64,000 nt of DNA from Myxococcota bacterium (GCA_965223415.1 OZ245002.1:2016001-2080000); one strand, 5' to 3'; shown: positions 1 to 15,856, counted from the first letter of the stretch. The notes: generated from the sequence alone by a model not told the origin. Made by a program: numbers and translations.

Positions 1-540
1 CCGCTCGACCGTGTCACGGAGCCTCGCGAGGCCCTCGAGGGCGTAGTACTCGCACTGAAGTGGAATCAACACGCTATCCGCGGCGCAGAGGGCGTTCAAC
101 GTCAGGAGGCTCAGGGACGGCGGGCAGTCGACCAGGACGAAGTCATAGTGGGGCAAAATGTCCACCAAGGCGAGCCGCAGGCGGCTCTCGCGAGCCTCGG
201 CGGCCACCAGCTCGATCTCGGCGCCAGCGAGATCAGGCCCCGCGGGGACGATGTGGAGGTGGCCGAGCTCGGTTCCCACGGCGGCCTGGGGCAGGGTGCT
301 CTCGCCGGAGAGGACGTCGTAGAGCTGATGCTCGGGGGAGGCGATGCCGTAGGCGCTCGAGGCGTTGGCCTGGGGGTCGAGGTCGACCAGGAGGACCGGG
401 CGCTCGGCGGCGGCGATGGAGGCGGCCAGGTTGACGGCGGTCGTGGTCTTGCCGACGCCGCCCTTCTGGTTGACGACGGCGAGGACGCGGGCGCCGGTGG
501 GGGCGCTGTGGTGGGCGTCTTGGATGGTTGGCTCTCTCAC
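1..540 (-). CDS. parA: ParA/Soj chromosome partitioning ATPase (runs off window start)
   Basis: Reverse-strand translation gives VLAVVNQKGGVGKTTTAVNLAAS (deviant Walker A) and IPLQCEYYALEGL; GTG start at 540; lies downstream of rsmG. Confidence 0.95.
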   Translation of the reverse strand, partial: MREPTIQDAHHSAPTGARVLAVVNQKGGVGKTTTAVNLAASIAAAERPVLLVDLDPQANASSAYGIASPEHQLYDVLSGESTLPQAAVGTELGHLHIVPAGPDLAGAEIELVAAEARESRLRLALVDILPHYDFVLVDCPPSLSLLTLNALCAADSVLIPLQCEYYALEGLARLRDTVER

Positions 541-600
541 CCCGGGGCAGGTTGTGCCCCTAACCGGTCGTTGTATCACTGGGTCCTGGGGGCGTCCAGG

Positions 601-616
601 TGTTCCACGGGGAACG
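601..616. promoter_or_regulatory. parS-like ParB binding site
   Basis: TGTTCCACGGGGAACG versus consensus TGTTTCACGTGAAACA/TGTTCCACGTGGAACA; next to parA. Confidence 0.75.
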
Positions 617-623
617 TCCTCTG

Positions 624-849
624 GGCGGGGGTCTCTTGCGGGACTTCGGGGCGGGGGCCGGGCGGGGGTGCTTGCGCTGGTCTCCTTGCCACCGAGGTGT
701 GCGGGGCAGGGCCCTTTCTTGCCGGAGAGTCGGCACCGGGGATGGATGGAGCTCCAGGGCGTCTGGAGGGCCCTGGCGGGGCGGGTGGGCACTTGCGGCC
801 TCATGGCGGGATCCGTCGCTCGCTCCAGCACCCCCGTCCGGCCCTCGGG
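624..849. repeat. ~230-bp intergenic repeat, copy 1, with internal terminal inverted repeats (652-672 / 827-847)
   Basis: Close direct repeat of 1641-1869; ends CGGGGGCCGGGCGGGGGTGCT ... AGCACCCCCGTCCGGCCCTCG. Confidence 0.85.
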
Positions 850-951
850 AAGGCTGGGCGACATCGGTCCCGGGGGAGACGGTCGGGGGGGGGGGGCTCG
901 TGCGAGAGGGGGTGGCGACCGGTTTCGTGGGGTCAAAAAGGGGGAGGTGGG

Positions 952-967
952 CGTTCCATGGGGAACG
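952..967. promoter_or_regulatory. parS-like site
   Basis: CGTTCCATGGGGAACG. Confidence 0.6.
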
Positions 968-996
968 GTGGTGGGCCGCTGGGTTCGCGGGGCGGG

Positions 997-1608
997 TTAG
1001 GCGGCGGCGGTCGTGAGGGTGACGACGTGGCGGGTGGTGCCGGCGAGGGGGTAGGGGTGGAGATGGGCGGCCGGGGGGAGGTCGTTGGGGGGGTGGGGGC
1101 CGGTTTGGGCGAGGATGCGGCCGCCGGGGCGGACGGTGGGGTGGGCTCGTTCCAGCCAGGCGGTGAGGGGCCAGGTGGCCCGGGAGACGGCAACGTCCCA
1201 GGCGGCGTCCGGGGGGAGGTCTTCGAGGCGGGCCCGGAGGGCTTCGGTGTTGGGGAGGGGGAGCTCGCGGATCATGGCGCGGAGGAAGGCGTGCTTCTTG
1301 CCGTTGGGCTCCAGGAGAGTCACCCGGGCGTCGGGGCGCAGGATGGCGATCGGGATGCCGGGCAGGCCGGCGCCGCTGCCGACGTCGAGAACTCGGAAGG
1401 GCCGCTCGGGCAGGTGGGGGAGCAGAGGAAGGGCGTCGGCCACGTGCTCGGCGAGGATGGCCTCGACGCTCGTCGCTCCGGTGAGGCGGATGCGTTGGTT
1501 CCAGGCGTGGAGGCTCTCGGCGTAGCGGCGGAGCTGGTCTTCCTGGGGCGGCGAGAGCTCCAGGCCTCGGGCCAGGGGGCCGAGGGCGGCGCGGACGTCG
1601 GGGCTCAC
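997..1608 (-). CDS. rsmG: 16S rRNA m7G527 methyltransferase RsmG (GidB)
   Basis: WNQRIRLTG, VLDVGSGAGLPGIP SAM motif, VSRA; GTG start at 1608; upstream of parA. Confidence 0.93.
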   Translation of the reverse strand: MSPDVRAALGPLARGLELSPPQEDQLRRYAESLHAWNQRIRLTGATSVEAILAEHVADALPLLPHLPERPFRVLDVGSGAGLPGIPIAILRPDARVTLLEPNGKKHAFLRAMIRELPLPNTEALRARLEDLPPDAAWDVAVSRATWPLTAWLERAHPTVRPGGRILAQTGPHPPNDLPPAAHLHPYPLAGTTRHVVTLTTAAA

Positions 1609-1640
1609 CGGCAGTGGGTTCCACGGGGGGTGGTGGTTTG

Positions 1641-1869
1641 GCGGGGGGCTCTCTTGCGGGGCTGCGGGGCGGGGGCCGGGCGGGGGTGCTTGCGCTGGTC
1701 TCCTCGACACCGAGGTGTGCGGGGCAGGGCGCTTTCTTGCCGGAGAGTCGGCGCTTTGGAGACGGATGGAGCTCCAGGGCCTTGGGAGGGCCCTGGCGGG
1801 GCGGGTGGACACTTGGGGCCGCATGGCGGGATCCGTCGCTCGCTCCAGCACCCCCGCCCGGCCCTCGGG
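1641..1869. repeat. ~230-bp intergenic repeat, copy 2
   Basis: Direct repeat of 624-849; perfect 18-bp inverted repeat GGGCCGGGCGGGGGTGCT / AGCACCCCCGCCCGGCCC. Confidence 0.85.
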
Positions 1870-1978
1870 GCGGCCCGGCCGGTGACGGCCCGGTGGGAGA
1901 TGTTCGGGGCGGCTCGCGCGGTCGGGGGGGGGGGGGGGGGGGGTGACTGGTCCGGTTAGATGGGAAGGGGGAGAGGGG

Positions 1979-2037
1979 CGTTCCACGGGGAACACGTGCA
2001 GCGTCTCGGAGGCCGCTCGCGTGTTCCCCGTGGAACA
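1979..2037. promoter_or_regulatory. two parS-like sites (1979-1994, 2022-2037)
   Basis: CGTTCCACGGGGAACA and TGTTCCCCGTGGAACA, the latter one mismatch from TGTTCCACGTGGAACA. Confidence 0.8.
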
Positions 2038-2043
2038 TCCTTG

Positions 2044-2973
2044 CTAGTCGTCGTTGGAGGCCGCCGCCTCGGCGGCCTTCTCGGCCTCGTCGTACTCGGG
2101 CGCGCCTTCCGGGACGACCAGGACCTGGCGATAGCGGCCCTCGCCACGGCTCATGGTCGCCACGCTGTCGGTGTCGCGCAGGGTGACGTGGATGATGCGC
2201 CGGTCGCGCGGGCTCATCGGCTCGAGGGCGACGGTGCGGCCCGTGTCCTGGGCGCGCCGGGCGGCCCGCTCGGCCACGCGCTCGACGAAGTCGTCGCGGC
2301 GCCCGCGGTTGCCCTCGACGTCCACGATGATGCGCTTGGGATCCTCCTCGCCGCGGCTGGCTGCCTGGTTCGCGAGGAGCTGGATCGCGTCGGGGGTCCG
2401 GCCGTCGCCTGCGGTGAGCCCGTTCGCCGCGGCGCCGCTCACCTGGTAGACGATGAACTTCTCCTCCTCGGCCTCCTTGACGATCTCGAAGGGGCCCAGG
2501 TCCATCCGCTCGATCACGCCGAGGACGAACTCGCCGATCGGGCCGATCTCGCCCTTGGCTTCGCCCTTCGACGGCCCGAGGTCCTCGGCCGGGGCGATCT
2601 CCTCGTCCGCAGCCGCGCTCGCGCGATCCCGGTCCCGGTCCCTGTCGCGGTCCCGATCCCGGTCCCTGCCGCCGCGGGCACGGCCACCGCGATCCCGGTC
2701 GCGTCCGCGCCCACGGTCCCGATCCCGGTCGCGATCGTTGCGGTCGCGACGCGGGCCCCGGTCATCGGAGCGACCACCCTGGATGGTCCCGACGGCTGCG
2801 GTCGGCTGGGCGACGACGACCACTCGGCCGCCGAGGCCGGACACGCCGGTCTCGCCGAACTCCGTGATCGTCAGCTCGGCCCGCTCCATCCCGAAGTAGG
2901 TAATGGCCTTGGCGATGGCTTCTTCGGCGTCGCCGCCCAGGAACTCGTGGGCTTCGGCCTTGGGATCGTACAT
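2044..2973 (-). CDS. jag: Jag/KhpB (EloR) RNA-binding protein with KH and R3H domains and an RD-rich linker
   Basis: EEAIAKA Jag_N segment, LEPMSPRDRRIIH R3H motif, SRGEGRYRQV; follows yidC. Confidence 0.9.
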   Translation of the reverse strand: MYDPKAEAHEFLGGDAEEAIAKAITYFGMERAELTITEFGETGVSGLGGRVVVVAQPTAAVGTIQGGRSDDRGPRRDRNDRDRDRDRGRGRDRDRGGRARGGRDRDRDRDRDRDRDRASAAADEEIAPAEDLGPSKGEAKGEIGPIGEFVLGVIERMDLGPFEIVKEAEEEKFIVYQVSGAAANGLTAGDGRTPDAIQLLANQAASRGEEDPKRIIVDVEGNRGRRDDFVERVAERAARRAQDTGRTVALEPMSPRDRRIIHVTLRDTDSVATMSRGEGRYRQVLVVPEGAPEYDEAEKAAEAAASNDD

Positions 2974-3011
2974 GGGGAATGTCTCCTTCGAATCCTGTTG
3001 CGATGCGCCGG

Positions 3012-4718
3012 CTACTTCGCGGTCGCCGGCCCGGTGGTGCGGTTCGTGAGGACCTGCTGACCGATGCCGATCAGCGTGCTGACGAACCAGTAGAGCACCA
3101 GGCCCGATGCGAACTGGTAGAAGAGCACCGTGAACATCACGGGCATCACGGTCATCATCATGCGCTGCTGCGCCGGGTCCATGGAGCCCGACGGTGTGAG
3201 CTTCTGCTGCAGGAACATGCTCGCGCCCATCAGGATCGGGATCACGCGCACCGGCAGCTCGAGGCCAGGGATCACGAACAACGCCTCGGGGCGCGAGAGG
3301 TCGTCGATCCAGCCGACGAAGGGCTGCTGGCGAAGCTGGATCGCGCTCTGCAGGGCGAAGTAGAAGCCGATGAAGACCGGGAACTGCAGGAGCATCGGGA
3401 AGCAGCCCGACAGCATCGAGAAGGGGCTCACCCCCTCGCGCTTGTAGAGCGCCATCATCTCCTGGCTCTGCCGGTCCCGGTCGTCTTTGTACTTCTCCTG
3501 GATCTCCTTCATCTTCGGGGCGATGTCGCTCATGCGCTTCATCGACTTCATCTGCCGCGCCATCAGCGGTGCCATCAGCAGCCGCACCAGGATCGTGATG
3601 AGGATGATCGCGACGCCGTAGTTCGGCACGACGCCGTAGGCCGCCTCGAGGAGCCACGCGAAGAAGCGCGTCAGCGACGGGAACCAGCCCTTCTGGATGG
3701 CCTCGTCGAGATGGGCACCGAAGCCGTCGAGGCGCTCCTGCTCCTTCGGGCCGATGTAGATGCGGTACTCGTGGTCGATGCGCTGGCCCGGCGGGAGGTT
3801 CACCTCCTCGATGGCGACCTCGAGGAGCGCGGCGTCCTCACCGATCGGCGTCACCGTCGCGCCGGCGCGCTCCGGAACCTCGGGTGCGATGGCGGCCAGG
3901 AAGTAGGTGGTGTCCGCGGCCAACCAGTCGACACCGTTGTACTCCTTGATCTCCTCGATGCCTCCTGCGCCGAATCCGAGGAAGCTCTGGGCGGTGCGAA
4001 TGGGAAGCATCTCGACGTCGGCATCGGTGTAGAGCGCGACGGCGAAGTTCTCGAAGTCCGCACTGTCCCTGGCACGGGCGGGCCAGTGGAGGGTGAACTC
4101 CGGCTGCAGGTGACGATCGGAGCCGTTCTCGACCTCGATGCGCAGGCGCGCGCTGTAGCCGTCCTCGGCGAGGAGATAGGTCTTGCGCACGACGACGCCG
4201 GCGCGCTCGAACGTGAACACCCGGGTGTGATCGTCGGGCTCCTCGAGTCGGTAGGGGGCACGGCTCAGGTCGCCGAGGCCCAGACCCTCGAGGGGCGTGG
4301 AGAGCGCGCGCTCCTCGGGCCGCAGCGTCGTCACCTCGACGAGTGGGCGGCCCTCCTGGGAGGGATCGTCGTACTTGCGCAAGTCCCAGCGGACGAGCGT
4401 CCCGCCGTGGCTCGAGAACTCGGCCTCGAAGAGCTCGGTGGCCAGCGTCGACCGCTGCTCCGCGACCTCGGGGAGAGAGGGCTCCGCGGCGGGCGGGGGC
4501 GTAGGAGCCGGTCGAGGTGCAGGCTCGCTCGCGGTGGTCGACGCCGCCGGCGCGGACGTCGGCTCACCGGCAGCGAGCGGCTCCTCGGAGGGAGCCGGCT
4601 CTTCGGCCGCGGCCGGGTTCTCCTCGAGATACCGTTGCCTTTTCCCCTCGGTATACATCGTCCAGCTGACGATCACCGCGAAGGACAAGGTCATGGCGAG
4701 GAGGAAGTTACGATCCAT
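3012..4718 (-). CDS. yidC: Membrane protein insertase YidC
   Basis: [44 protein letters not shown] motifs. Confidence 0.97.
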   Translation of the reverse strand: MDRNFLLAMTLSFAVIVSWTMYTEGKRQRYLEENPAAAEEPAPSEEPLAAGEPTSAPAASTTASEPAPRPAPTPPPAAEPSLPEVAEQRSTLATELFEAEFSSHGGTLVRWDLRKYDDPSQEGRPLVEVTTLRPEERALSTPLEGLGLGDLSRAPYRLEEPDDHTRVFTFERAGVVVRKTYLLAEDGYSARLRIEVENGSDRHLQPEFTLHWPARARDSADFENFAVALYTDADVEMLPIRTAQSFLGFGAGGIEEIKEYNGVDWLAADTTYFLAAIAPEVPERAGATVTPIGEDAALLEVAIEEVNLPPGQRIDHEYRIYIGPKEQERLDGFGAHLDEAIQKGWFPSLTRFFAWLLEAAYGVVPNYGVAIILITILVRLLMAPLMARQMKSMKRMSDIAPKMKEIQEKYKDDRDRQSQEMMALYKREGVSPFSMLSGCFPMLLQFPVFIGFYFALQSAIQLRQQPFVGWIDDLSRPEALFVIPGLELPVRVIPILMGASMFLQQKLTPSGSMDPAQQRMMMTVMPVMFTVLFYQFASGLVLYWFVSTLIGIGQQVLTNRTTGPATAK

Positions 4719-4956
4719 GACGCCTGTCCCCCGCGTGCGGCACCGGATCGAAGCCACCGGCGTGGAAGGGATGGCAGCGGGTGATCCTCCGCAACGCGAG
4801 CCAGCACCCGCGAGCGGGACCGTGCTCTTCGAGGGCCGCGATGGCGTACTCGGAGCAGCTCGGTGCGAATCGGCAGCTACCTCCGAGGTGCGGCGAGAGG
4901 ACGACCTGGTAGACGCGCACGGTGAGCTGCAGGGCGTGCGTCACGAGGCGCGTCAT
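4708..4956 (-). CDS. yidD: Membrane protein insertion efficiency factor YidD
   Basis: [33 protein letters not shown]. Confidence 0.95.
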   Translation of the reverse strand: MTRLVTHALQLTVRVYQVVLSPHLGGSCRFAPSCSEYAIAALEEHGPARGCWLALRRITRCHPFHAGGFDPVPHAGDRRHGS

Positions 4957-5315
4957 CCGGTGAGCTCCGTCAGCTCGTCCGCGATCTCGGCGGCGCTCCG
5001 ATCGGCAGCGCCGCGCCGCGCGATCACGACCAGGTCTTCCCCTTCGGGGAATCCATCGTGGCCCCGCCGGAACCACTCGCGCACCCGACGCTTCACGTGG
5101 TTGCGAGCGACGGCGTTGCCCACCTTGCGACTCACCGCGAGGCCCATGCGCGTCCGCGGCGCCTCGTAGCCCGACGCCCGGACCACCACGAAGTGGCGTC
5201 CCGCATGTCGCCGGCCCACGCGCTGCACGCGACGGAAATCCTTCGCGCTGCGCAGCCGGGAATCCCGGCGGAGGCGCTGGGAGCCCTCTCTGTGCCTGGA
5301 GAGGTCATCGGGCAT
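4953..5315 (-). CDS. rnpA: Ribonuclease P protein component
   Basis: [25 protein letters not shown] (RNR-type motif). Confidence 0.95.
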   Translation of the reverse strand: MPDDLSRHREGSQRLRRDSRLRSAKDFRRVQRVGRRHAGRHFVVVRASGYEAPRTRMGLAVSRKVGNAVARNHVKRRVREWFRRGHDGFPEGEDLVVIARRGAADRSAAEIADELTELTG

Positions 5316-5356
5316 CGCTGTCCACGGGGAGGAGGGACCGTGGCCGCGGGTCCTGC

Positions 5357-5506
5357 CTACTTCGACGGGACGCTGACGGCGAGCCGCTTCCGGCCCTTGG
5401 CCCGGCGTCGCTTGATCACCGCCCGGCCGCTCTTGGTCTTCATCCGAGCACGAAAGCCATGGGAACGGAGGCGGCGAATGCGGCTCGGCTGATAGGTTCG
5501 CTTCAT
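5357..5506 (-). CDS. rpmH: 50S ribosomal protein L34 (not in ORF track)
   Basis: Manual translation [49 protein letters not shown]. Confidence 0.97.
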   Translation of the reverse strand: MKRTYQPSRIRRLRSHGFRARMKTKSGRAVIKRRRAKGRKRLAVSVPSK

Positions 5507-5844
5507 GATCCAGGCTCTTGCTCGAGCTGATCCTGGGTAGGGCCCACAAGGGGCGGAGAGCGCGGGATCCTACCCCTCGCCTCCGAGGAGCGCAATGGAA
5601 TCCGAAGGAGTCCCGAGGTGCCTGTTTCCGTCGGTCGGACCGCCGGACGGAGTGGTATGATTCCCCCGCCGGTCACCGGAGGGGGTGAGACGACATTCGC
5701 GCGGTTCGACCCGCGCGGGCCGACACAGCGAGAAGTGCGGAGTTTCGGAGTACTTCGGTCCGCTTTGTCGGTTTGTCGCACCCTCTCTCCTTCATCATCC
5801 TTCTTTCTAGAACGAAAGAAGAATCAGAGAAGAGGCGAGATGCA

Positions 5845-6969
5845 ATGAAGCTCGTGATCGAGAAGGGCGATCTGCAGCGGGGTCTGGGTCGTCTGCAGGC
5901 GATCGTGGAGAAGCGCAACTCGATGCCCATCCTGGCGAACGTGCTCCTCACGGCGTCGGGCAAGGGAGCCGACGCGAGTCTCGAGCTCGCCGCGACCGAT
6001 CTCGAGGTGGGCATCCGTGGTGCGCAGAAGGCCGACGTCTCGAAAGAAGGTGCACTCACCGTCTCTGCCCGCAAGCTTTACGACATCGTCCGCGAGCTCC
6101 CGGACGAGCCCGTCCAGCTCCAGTCGACGGACAACAGCTACCTCGAGATCCGTTGCGGTCGCTCGCGATTCTCCCTCGCGGGCGCGGATGCGGACGAGTA
6201 TCCGAGCCTTCCCGAATTCTCGCCGGGACAGCTCGTACGTCTCCAGGCGGCGGTTCTGAGCCAAATGATCGAGCGGACGATGTATGCCGCTTCCGTCGAC
6301 GAGACCCGGTACAACCTGAACGGCGTCTACTTCGAGGTGCTGCCCGAAGACGAGAAGATTCGCATGGTCGCGACCGACGGCCACCGTCTCGCGATGGTCG
6401 ATCGTGTGATCGGGAGCGACGCGAGCGGCCTTGCGAGTGGCCTCATCATTCCGCGAAAGGGGCTCGCGGAGCTCAAACGGCTCGTGGACGAGGAAGATGC
6501 GGACGAGATCGAGATCGGCTTCGAAGGCAACAGCGGACTCGCCCGCAAGGGAGACGTGACCCTCGTGATGCGACTGATCGAGGGGGAGTTCCCGAACTAC
6601 CGACAGGTCGTGCCCGAAGACATCCAGCGCCCGTTCACCCTCGCCGCGGAGCCGCTCACCCGCGCGTTGCGGCGTGTCGCACTGCTCTCGGCCGAGCGCA
6701 GCCGGGCGATCAAGCTCGATCTCGGCGAGGGGGCGCTGGTCATCTCATCGAGCAATCCGGATCTCGGCGAGGCTTCGGAAGAGCTCGACTTCGACTACTC
6801 GGGCGAACCGGTCTCGGTCGGCTTCAACGCCCGCTATCTGCTCGACGCCCTCGGAGCGCTGGGCGCGAAGGAGATCACGCTGGGCCTCCGCGACGGGAAT
6901 ACGGCCGCGGAGCTGCGCCCCACCGACGACACCGACAGCGTCGCGGTGGTGATGCCCATGAGGCTCTAG
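5845..6969 (+). CDS. dnaN: DNA polymerase III beta clamp
   Basis: MPILANVLL, ATDLEV, VATDGHRL, RLIEGEFPNY, C-terminal VVMPMRL. Confidence 0.98.
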   Translation: MKLVIEKGDLQRGLGRLQAIVEKRNSMPILANVLLTASGKGADASLELAATDLEVGIRGAQKADVSKEGALTVSARKLYDIVRELPDEPVQLQSTDNSYLEIRCGRSRFSLAGADADEYPSLPEFSPGQLVRLQAAVLSQMIERTMYAASVDETRYNLNGVYFEVLPEDEKIRMVATDGHRLAMVDRVIGSDASGLASGLIIPRKGLAELKRLVDEEDADEIEIGFEGNSGLARKGDVTLVMRLIEGEFPNYRQVVPEDIQRPFTLAAEPLTRALRRVALLSAERSRAIKLDLGEGALVISSSNPDLGEASEELDFDYSGEPVSVGFNARYLLDALGALGAKEITLGLRDGNTAAELRPTDDTDSVAVVMPMRL

Positions 6970-6990
6970 GAATCGGTCTCAACCCCCTGA

Positions 6991-9624
<2,634 letters not shown>

Positions 9625-9662
9625 CGATCAGGTATCTGACGTGCAGAACCTGGACATCTAGG

Positions 9663-12218
<2,556 letters not shown>

Positions 12219-12222
12219 GTCG

Positions 12223-12537
12223 GTGGGCGCGGAGCCGACGCTCCGCTTCCTCGGCGCCGCAGGAAGGGCGACCGGGTCGAAGTCCGGGGCCGAGCGGGTG
12301 AAGGTGCACGGGCGCTACATCCCGGTCCGGGCGCGGGTGGAGCAGCTCGACGTGTTCTCCGCCCACGCGGACCAGGCCGAGCTCCTCGCCTGGCTGGGCG
12401 GCTGCGAGCGGGCGCCGAGGCAGGTCTTCGTGACCCACGGCGAGCGGCCGGCGGCGGACAGCCTGCGCCGGCGGATCGTGGAGGATCTCGGCATGCGGGC
12501 CCGGGCGCCGGAGCACGACGGGGTCCACGGGCTCTAG
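12223..12537 (+). pseudogene. Internally deleted MBL-fold / beta-CASP ribonuclease remnant
   Basis: N-terminal [15 protein letters not shown] joined directly to C-terminal [14 protein letters not shown]; HxHxDH motif and central part absent. Confidence 0.75.
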
Positions 12538-12546
12538 CCGGGTCCC

Positions 12547-12587
12547 AAGAACGCAAGTCGCAAGGAACGTCCCCACTCTTGCGTTCT
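12547..12587. repeat. Single arm of the palindromic repeat at 42510-42588
   Basis: AGAACGCAAGTCGCAAGGAACGTCCCCACTCTTGC nearly identical to 42551-42586. Confidence 0.8.
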
Positions 12588-12653
12588 CGGGCGAATGCCC
12601 CGCGGGGGGTGGGGTGGTTGCCGGAGGGTGGGGGCGGGCTACAAACCCGGGCC

Positions 12654-13964
12654 ATGCCTCCCAGCGATCTGGATCTGTCCCGGTCGAAGGCGCTCTTCCG
12701 GCGGGCGCGACGGCTCATTCCCGGCGGTGTGAACAGTCCGGTGCGGGCCTTCGGGTCGGTGGGCGGGACGCCGCCGTTCATCGCCTCGGGGAAGGGCGCG
12801 TACGTCACCGACGTCGACGGCAACCGCTACGTCGACTACGTCGGGTCGTGGGGGCCGCTCATCCTGGGGCACGCGGATCCGGGCGTGGTCCGCGCGGTGA
12901 AGAAGGCCGCCTCTGCGGGGACGAGCTTCGGCGCGCCGACCGAGGGCGAGGTCGAGATCGCGGAGCTCGTGTGCAAGGCGGTGCCGAGCATGCAGCAGGT
13001 GCGCTTCGTGTCGTCGGGGACCGAGGCGACGATGAGCGCGATCCGGCTGGCCCGGGGCGCCACCGGCCGCAAGAAGATCCTGAAGTTCGCGGGCTGCTAC
13101 CACGGCCACTCGGATTCGCTGCTCGTCGGTGCCGGCTCCGGCGTCGCCACCCTCGGCATCCCGGGCTCTCCGGGCGTTCCCGAGGAGTTCGTGAAGCTCA
13201 CGATCCAGGTGCCCTTCAACGATCTCTCGTCGGTGGCGTCGGCCTTCAAGCACCACGGCGAGGACCTGGCGTGCGTGCTGGTCGAGCCGGTGGCCGGGAA
13301 CATGGGCTGCGTGCCGCCGCTACCGGGCTTCCTCCAGGGCCTGCGGGACCTGTGCGATCGCCACGGGGTGCTGCTGGTCTTCGACGAGGTGATGACCGGC
13401 TTCCGGGTGGCCTGGGGCGGCGCCCAGTGCCTCCACAAGGTGAAGCCCGATCTCACGACCTTCGGCAAGGTGATCGGCGGTGGGCTGCCGGCGGCGGCCT
13501 ACGGCGGTCGCAAGGAGCTGATGCAGGAGATCGCGCCGAGCGGCCCCGTGTATCAGGCGGGGACCCTCTCGGGGAATCCGCTGGCGGTAGCCGCCGGGCT
13601 CGAGACCCTGCGCCGGCTGGCCGAGCCCGGCGTCTACGACGCCCTGGGCGAGAAGACGCGGCTCCTCAGCGAGGGCCTGGCGGCCCGGGCCGAGGCGGCC
13701 GGGCTCGAGCTCACCACGGCGGCGGTCGGCGGCATGTTCGGCTTCTTCTTCCATCCGGGCCCGGTGCGGAACTTCGAGGACGCCAAGAAGGCCCACGAAG
13801 GCCGCTTCCAGGTCTTCTTCCAGAGCCTGCTCGAGCAGGGAATCTACCTGGCGCCCTCCCCCTTCGAGGCCGGCTTCGTCTCGCTCCGGCACGGCCGGAA
13901 GGAGCTGCGCGGGACCCTCCAAGCGGCCGAAATCGCGCTCGAAAGGGCCGCCAAGGTCCGTTGA
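12654..13964 (+). CDS. hemL: Glutamate-1-semialdehyde 2,1-aminomutase
   Basis: [51 protein letters not shown]. Confidence 0.97.
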   Translation: MPPSDLDLSRSKALFRRARRLIPGGVNSPVRAFGSVGGTPPFIASGKGAYVTDVDGNRYVDYVGSWGPLILGHADPGVVRAVKKAASAGTSFGAPTEGEVEIAELVCKAVPSMQQVRFVSSGTEATMSAIRLARGATGRKKILKFAGCYHGHSDSLLVGAGSGVATLGIPGSPGVPEEFVKLTIQVPFNDLSSVASAFKHHGEDLACVLVEPVAGNMGCVPPLPGFLQGLRDLCDRHGVLLVFDEVMTGFRVAWGGAQCLHKVKPDLTTFGKVIGGGLPAAAYGGRKELMQEIAPSGPVYQAGTLSGNPLAVAAGLETLRRLAEPGVYDALGEKTRLLSEGLAARAEAAGLELTTAAVGGMFGFFFHPGPVRNFEDAKKAHEGRFQVFFQSLLEQGIYLAPSPFEAGFVSLRHGRKELRGTLQAAEIALERAAKVR

Positions 13965-14036
13965 GGCCCCCGGGGCCATCGGCTAGGATCCGCGCCGCTT
14001 CGCACCGGCCCGGCCCGGCTGGACTTCCGGGGCGAG

Positions 14037-14321
14037 GTGCAGATCGTGAACCAGGATCGGGACGACGGGTCGGACGAGGGCGGCCTTCCGGAGGGAGGCA
14101 CCCGCGCCTACTCGGCGGCCATGGAGGCCGTGGTCGCCATCCCCATCGCCATGGGGCTTGGGTGGTGGGCGGACACGAAGCTCGGAACGAGCCCCTGGCT
14201 CCTGTTTCTCGGTCTCGGCTTCGGCTTCGCCGCCTTCGTCCGCCGCCTGGTGCGAATGAGGAAGCTGGTCGAGCAGCAAGCGCGCGCCGCGAGCGACGAC
14301 GATGACCACCGCGACGACTGA
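14037..14321 (+). CDS. AtpZ/AtpI-family protein
   Basis: LGWWADTKLGTSPW motif, two TM segments, first gene of Fo cluster. Confidence 0.85.
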   Translation: MQIVNQDRDDGSDEGGLPEGGTRAYSAAMEAVVAIPIAMGLGWWADTKLGTSPWLLFLGLGFGFAAFVRRLVRMRKLVEQQARAASDDDDHRDD

Positions 14322-14799
14322 CTGGAACGAGACGATGCAGCAGGGCTCTGTGCTCGGCTGGAACCTCGCCATCTCGGCGGGGGCCACCGCTGCGTCCTGG
14401 GCGCTCGTCTCGCCGCGCTTCGCTCTCGCCCTCGCCCTGGGGGCCGCTCTCGAGGTCGTGAACTTCCGCTCCCTCTACGCCTCGTGCCGGGGGATCTTCC
14501 TCATGGGCGCCGAGGGCGTGGCCGGCGCCGGCCCCGCCGTGGGCGCTTTCGGCGTGCGCTTCATCCTGCTGGCCGCCGTGCTCTTCTTCGCCCTGCGCGC
14601 CGGCCTGCACCCGGTCGGGCTCGTGGTGGGCCTCTCCTTGATCATGCCCGCAGCGGTCGTCGCCGCCTGGCGGGCGCGCCCGCCGATCGATCCGGACGCG
14701 CCGGTGCTCTCCGACGACGATCCCTCCTGGGATGCCTGGAACCCCTGGCTGGCTCGCGAGGACGAGCCGGCCGATGATGACGAGGACCTCCTGTCGTGA
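14302..14799 (+). CDS. atpI: ATP synthase subunit I-like membrane protein
   Basis: Four hydrophobic segments, precedes atpB; start may be ATG 14335. Confidence 0.7.
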   Translation: MTTATTDWNETMQQGSVLGWNLAISAGATAASWALVSPRFALALALGAALEVVNFRSLYASCRGIFLMGAEGVAGAGPAVGAFGVRFILLAAVLFFALRAGLHPVGLVVGLSLIMPAAVVAAWRARPPIDPDAPVLSDDDPSWDAWNPWLAREDEPADDDEDLLS

Positions 14800-15515
14800 A
14801 CGTCTTCCACGGCCTCGAGCACGCGACCCACGTTCCGTGGGTGATCTGGTCCGCGCTCTTCGCGGGCGCGCTGCTCCTCGTGACCGGCACGGTCATCCGC
14901 TCCCGACTGGTCGCCGCCAACGGTGGCGTCGTGCCCGACGAGGGCTTCACGATCCGCAACGCCCTGGAGCTGCTGGTCGAGATGCTCTCGGGCCTCGCCG
15001 AAGACAACATGGGGCCGAACTGGAGGAAGTACTTCCCCTTCATCGGCACCCTCTTCCTGTTCATCCTGTTCTCGAACATGCTCGGGCTCATCCCCACCAT
15101 CGACGGGGCCACGAGCAGCGCCGCCACCACCTGGGCGTGGGCGATCATCTCCTTCCTGATCCACCAGTACGTCGGGATCAAGGAGCACGGCTGGTCCTAC
15201 GTGAACCACTTCCTCGGACCCAGCCTCTACGATCTCGAGGTCGGCGAGAAGACTTATCACCTGCGGCTGATGGCGCCGCTCTACGCGCCCATCGAGCTGC
15301 TCTCCCATCTCTCGCGAGTGTTCACCCTGGCGGTGCGTCTGCTCGCGAACATGTTCGCGGACCACACCGTCGTGGCGGTGTGGCTGGGCCTCGTGCCGGT
15401 CGCGGTGCCCGCCATCTTCATGGGCCTGGGCGTGCTGGTCGCGTTCCTGCAGGCCTACGTGTTCGCGATGCTCTCGATGATCTACATCGGCCTGGCCCTC
15501 GAAGAGGCCCACTAG
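14796..15515 (+). CDS. atpB: F0F1 ATP synthase subunit a
   Basis: FSNMLGLIP, TLAVRLLANMFADH, FLQAYVFAMLSMIYI. Confidence 0.97.
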   Translation: MNVFHGLEHATHVPWVIWSALFAGALLLVTGTVIRSRLVAANGGVVPDEGFTIRNALELLVEMLSGLAEDNMGPNWRKYFPFIGTLFLFILFSNMLGLIPTIDGATSSAATTWAWAIISFLIHQYVGIKEHGWSYVNHFLGPSLYDLEVGEKTYHLRLMAPLYAPIELLSHLSRVFTLAVRLLANMFADHTVVAVWLGLVPVAVPAIFMGLGVLVAFLQAYVFAMLSMIYIGLALEEAH

Positions 15516-15538
15516 CCTTCACCAAGGAGACCACCCAT

Positions 15539-15856
15539 ATGCGCAAGTTCGGCAACCTTCTCTTCTGGACGCTCGTCGTCTTCCTCGTGCCCGCCGCGGC
15601 GTTCGCCCAGGACGGCGGCGCCAGCGACGCCAGCTGGGGTTACGCCCTCGGCGCCGGCATCGCCATCGGCTTCGCCGGGCTGGGCTGTGGCATCGGCCAG
15701 GGCCTCACCGCCGGCAACACGACGGCCGGCATCGCCCGCAACCCGGGCGCGGCGGGCGCGATGTTCACCAACTTCATCCTCGGCATGGTGCTGATCGAGT
15801 CGATCGCGATCTACGGCCTCGTGATCGGCTTCCTGCTCCAGGGCAAGATCGGCTAG
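15539..15856 (+). CDS. atpE: F0F1 ATP synthase subunit c with N-terminal signal-like extension
   Basis: GCGIGQG, IARNP, LIESIAIY; AAGGAG RBS upstream. Confidence 0.95.
   Translation: MRKFGNLLFWTLVVFLVPAAAFAQDGGASDASWGYALGAGIAIGFAGLGCGIGQGLTAGNTTAGIARNPGAAGAMFTNFILGMVLIESIAIYGLVIGFLLQGKIG

Noticed and set aside
1924..1943. Run of 20 G (also a shorter run near 885-897)
   Set aside because: Intergenic homopolymer; length may be a sequencing artefact and there is no evidence for phase variation
2620..2760. Tandem CGATCC/CGGTCC hexamer repeats
   Set aside because: They encode the low-complexity RD linker of Jag; not an independent repeat array
14037..15856. ATP synthase operon lacking F1 and b subunits
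   Set aside because: A split atp operon is common in deltaproteobacterial lineages
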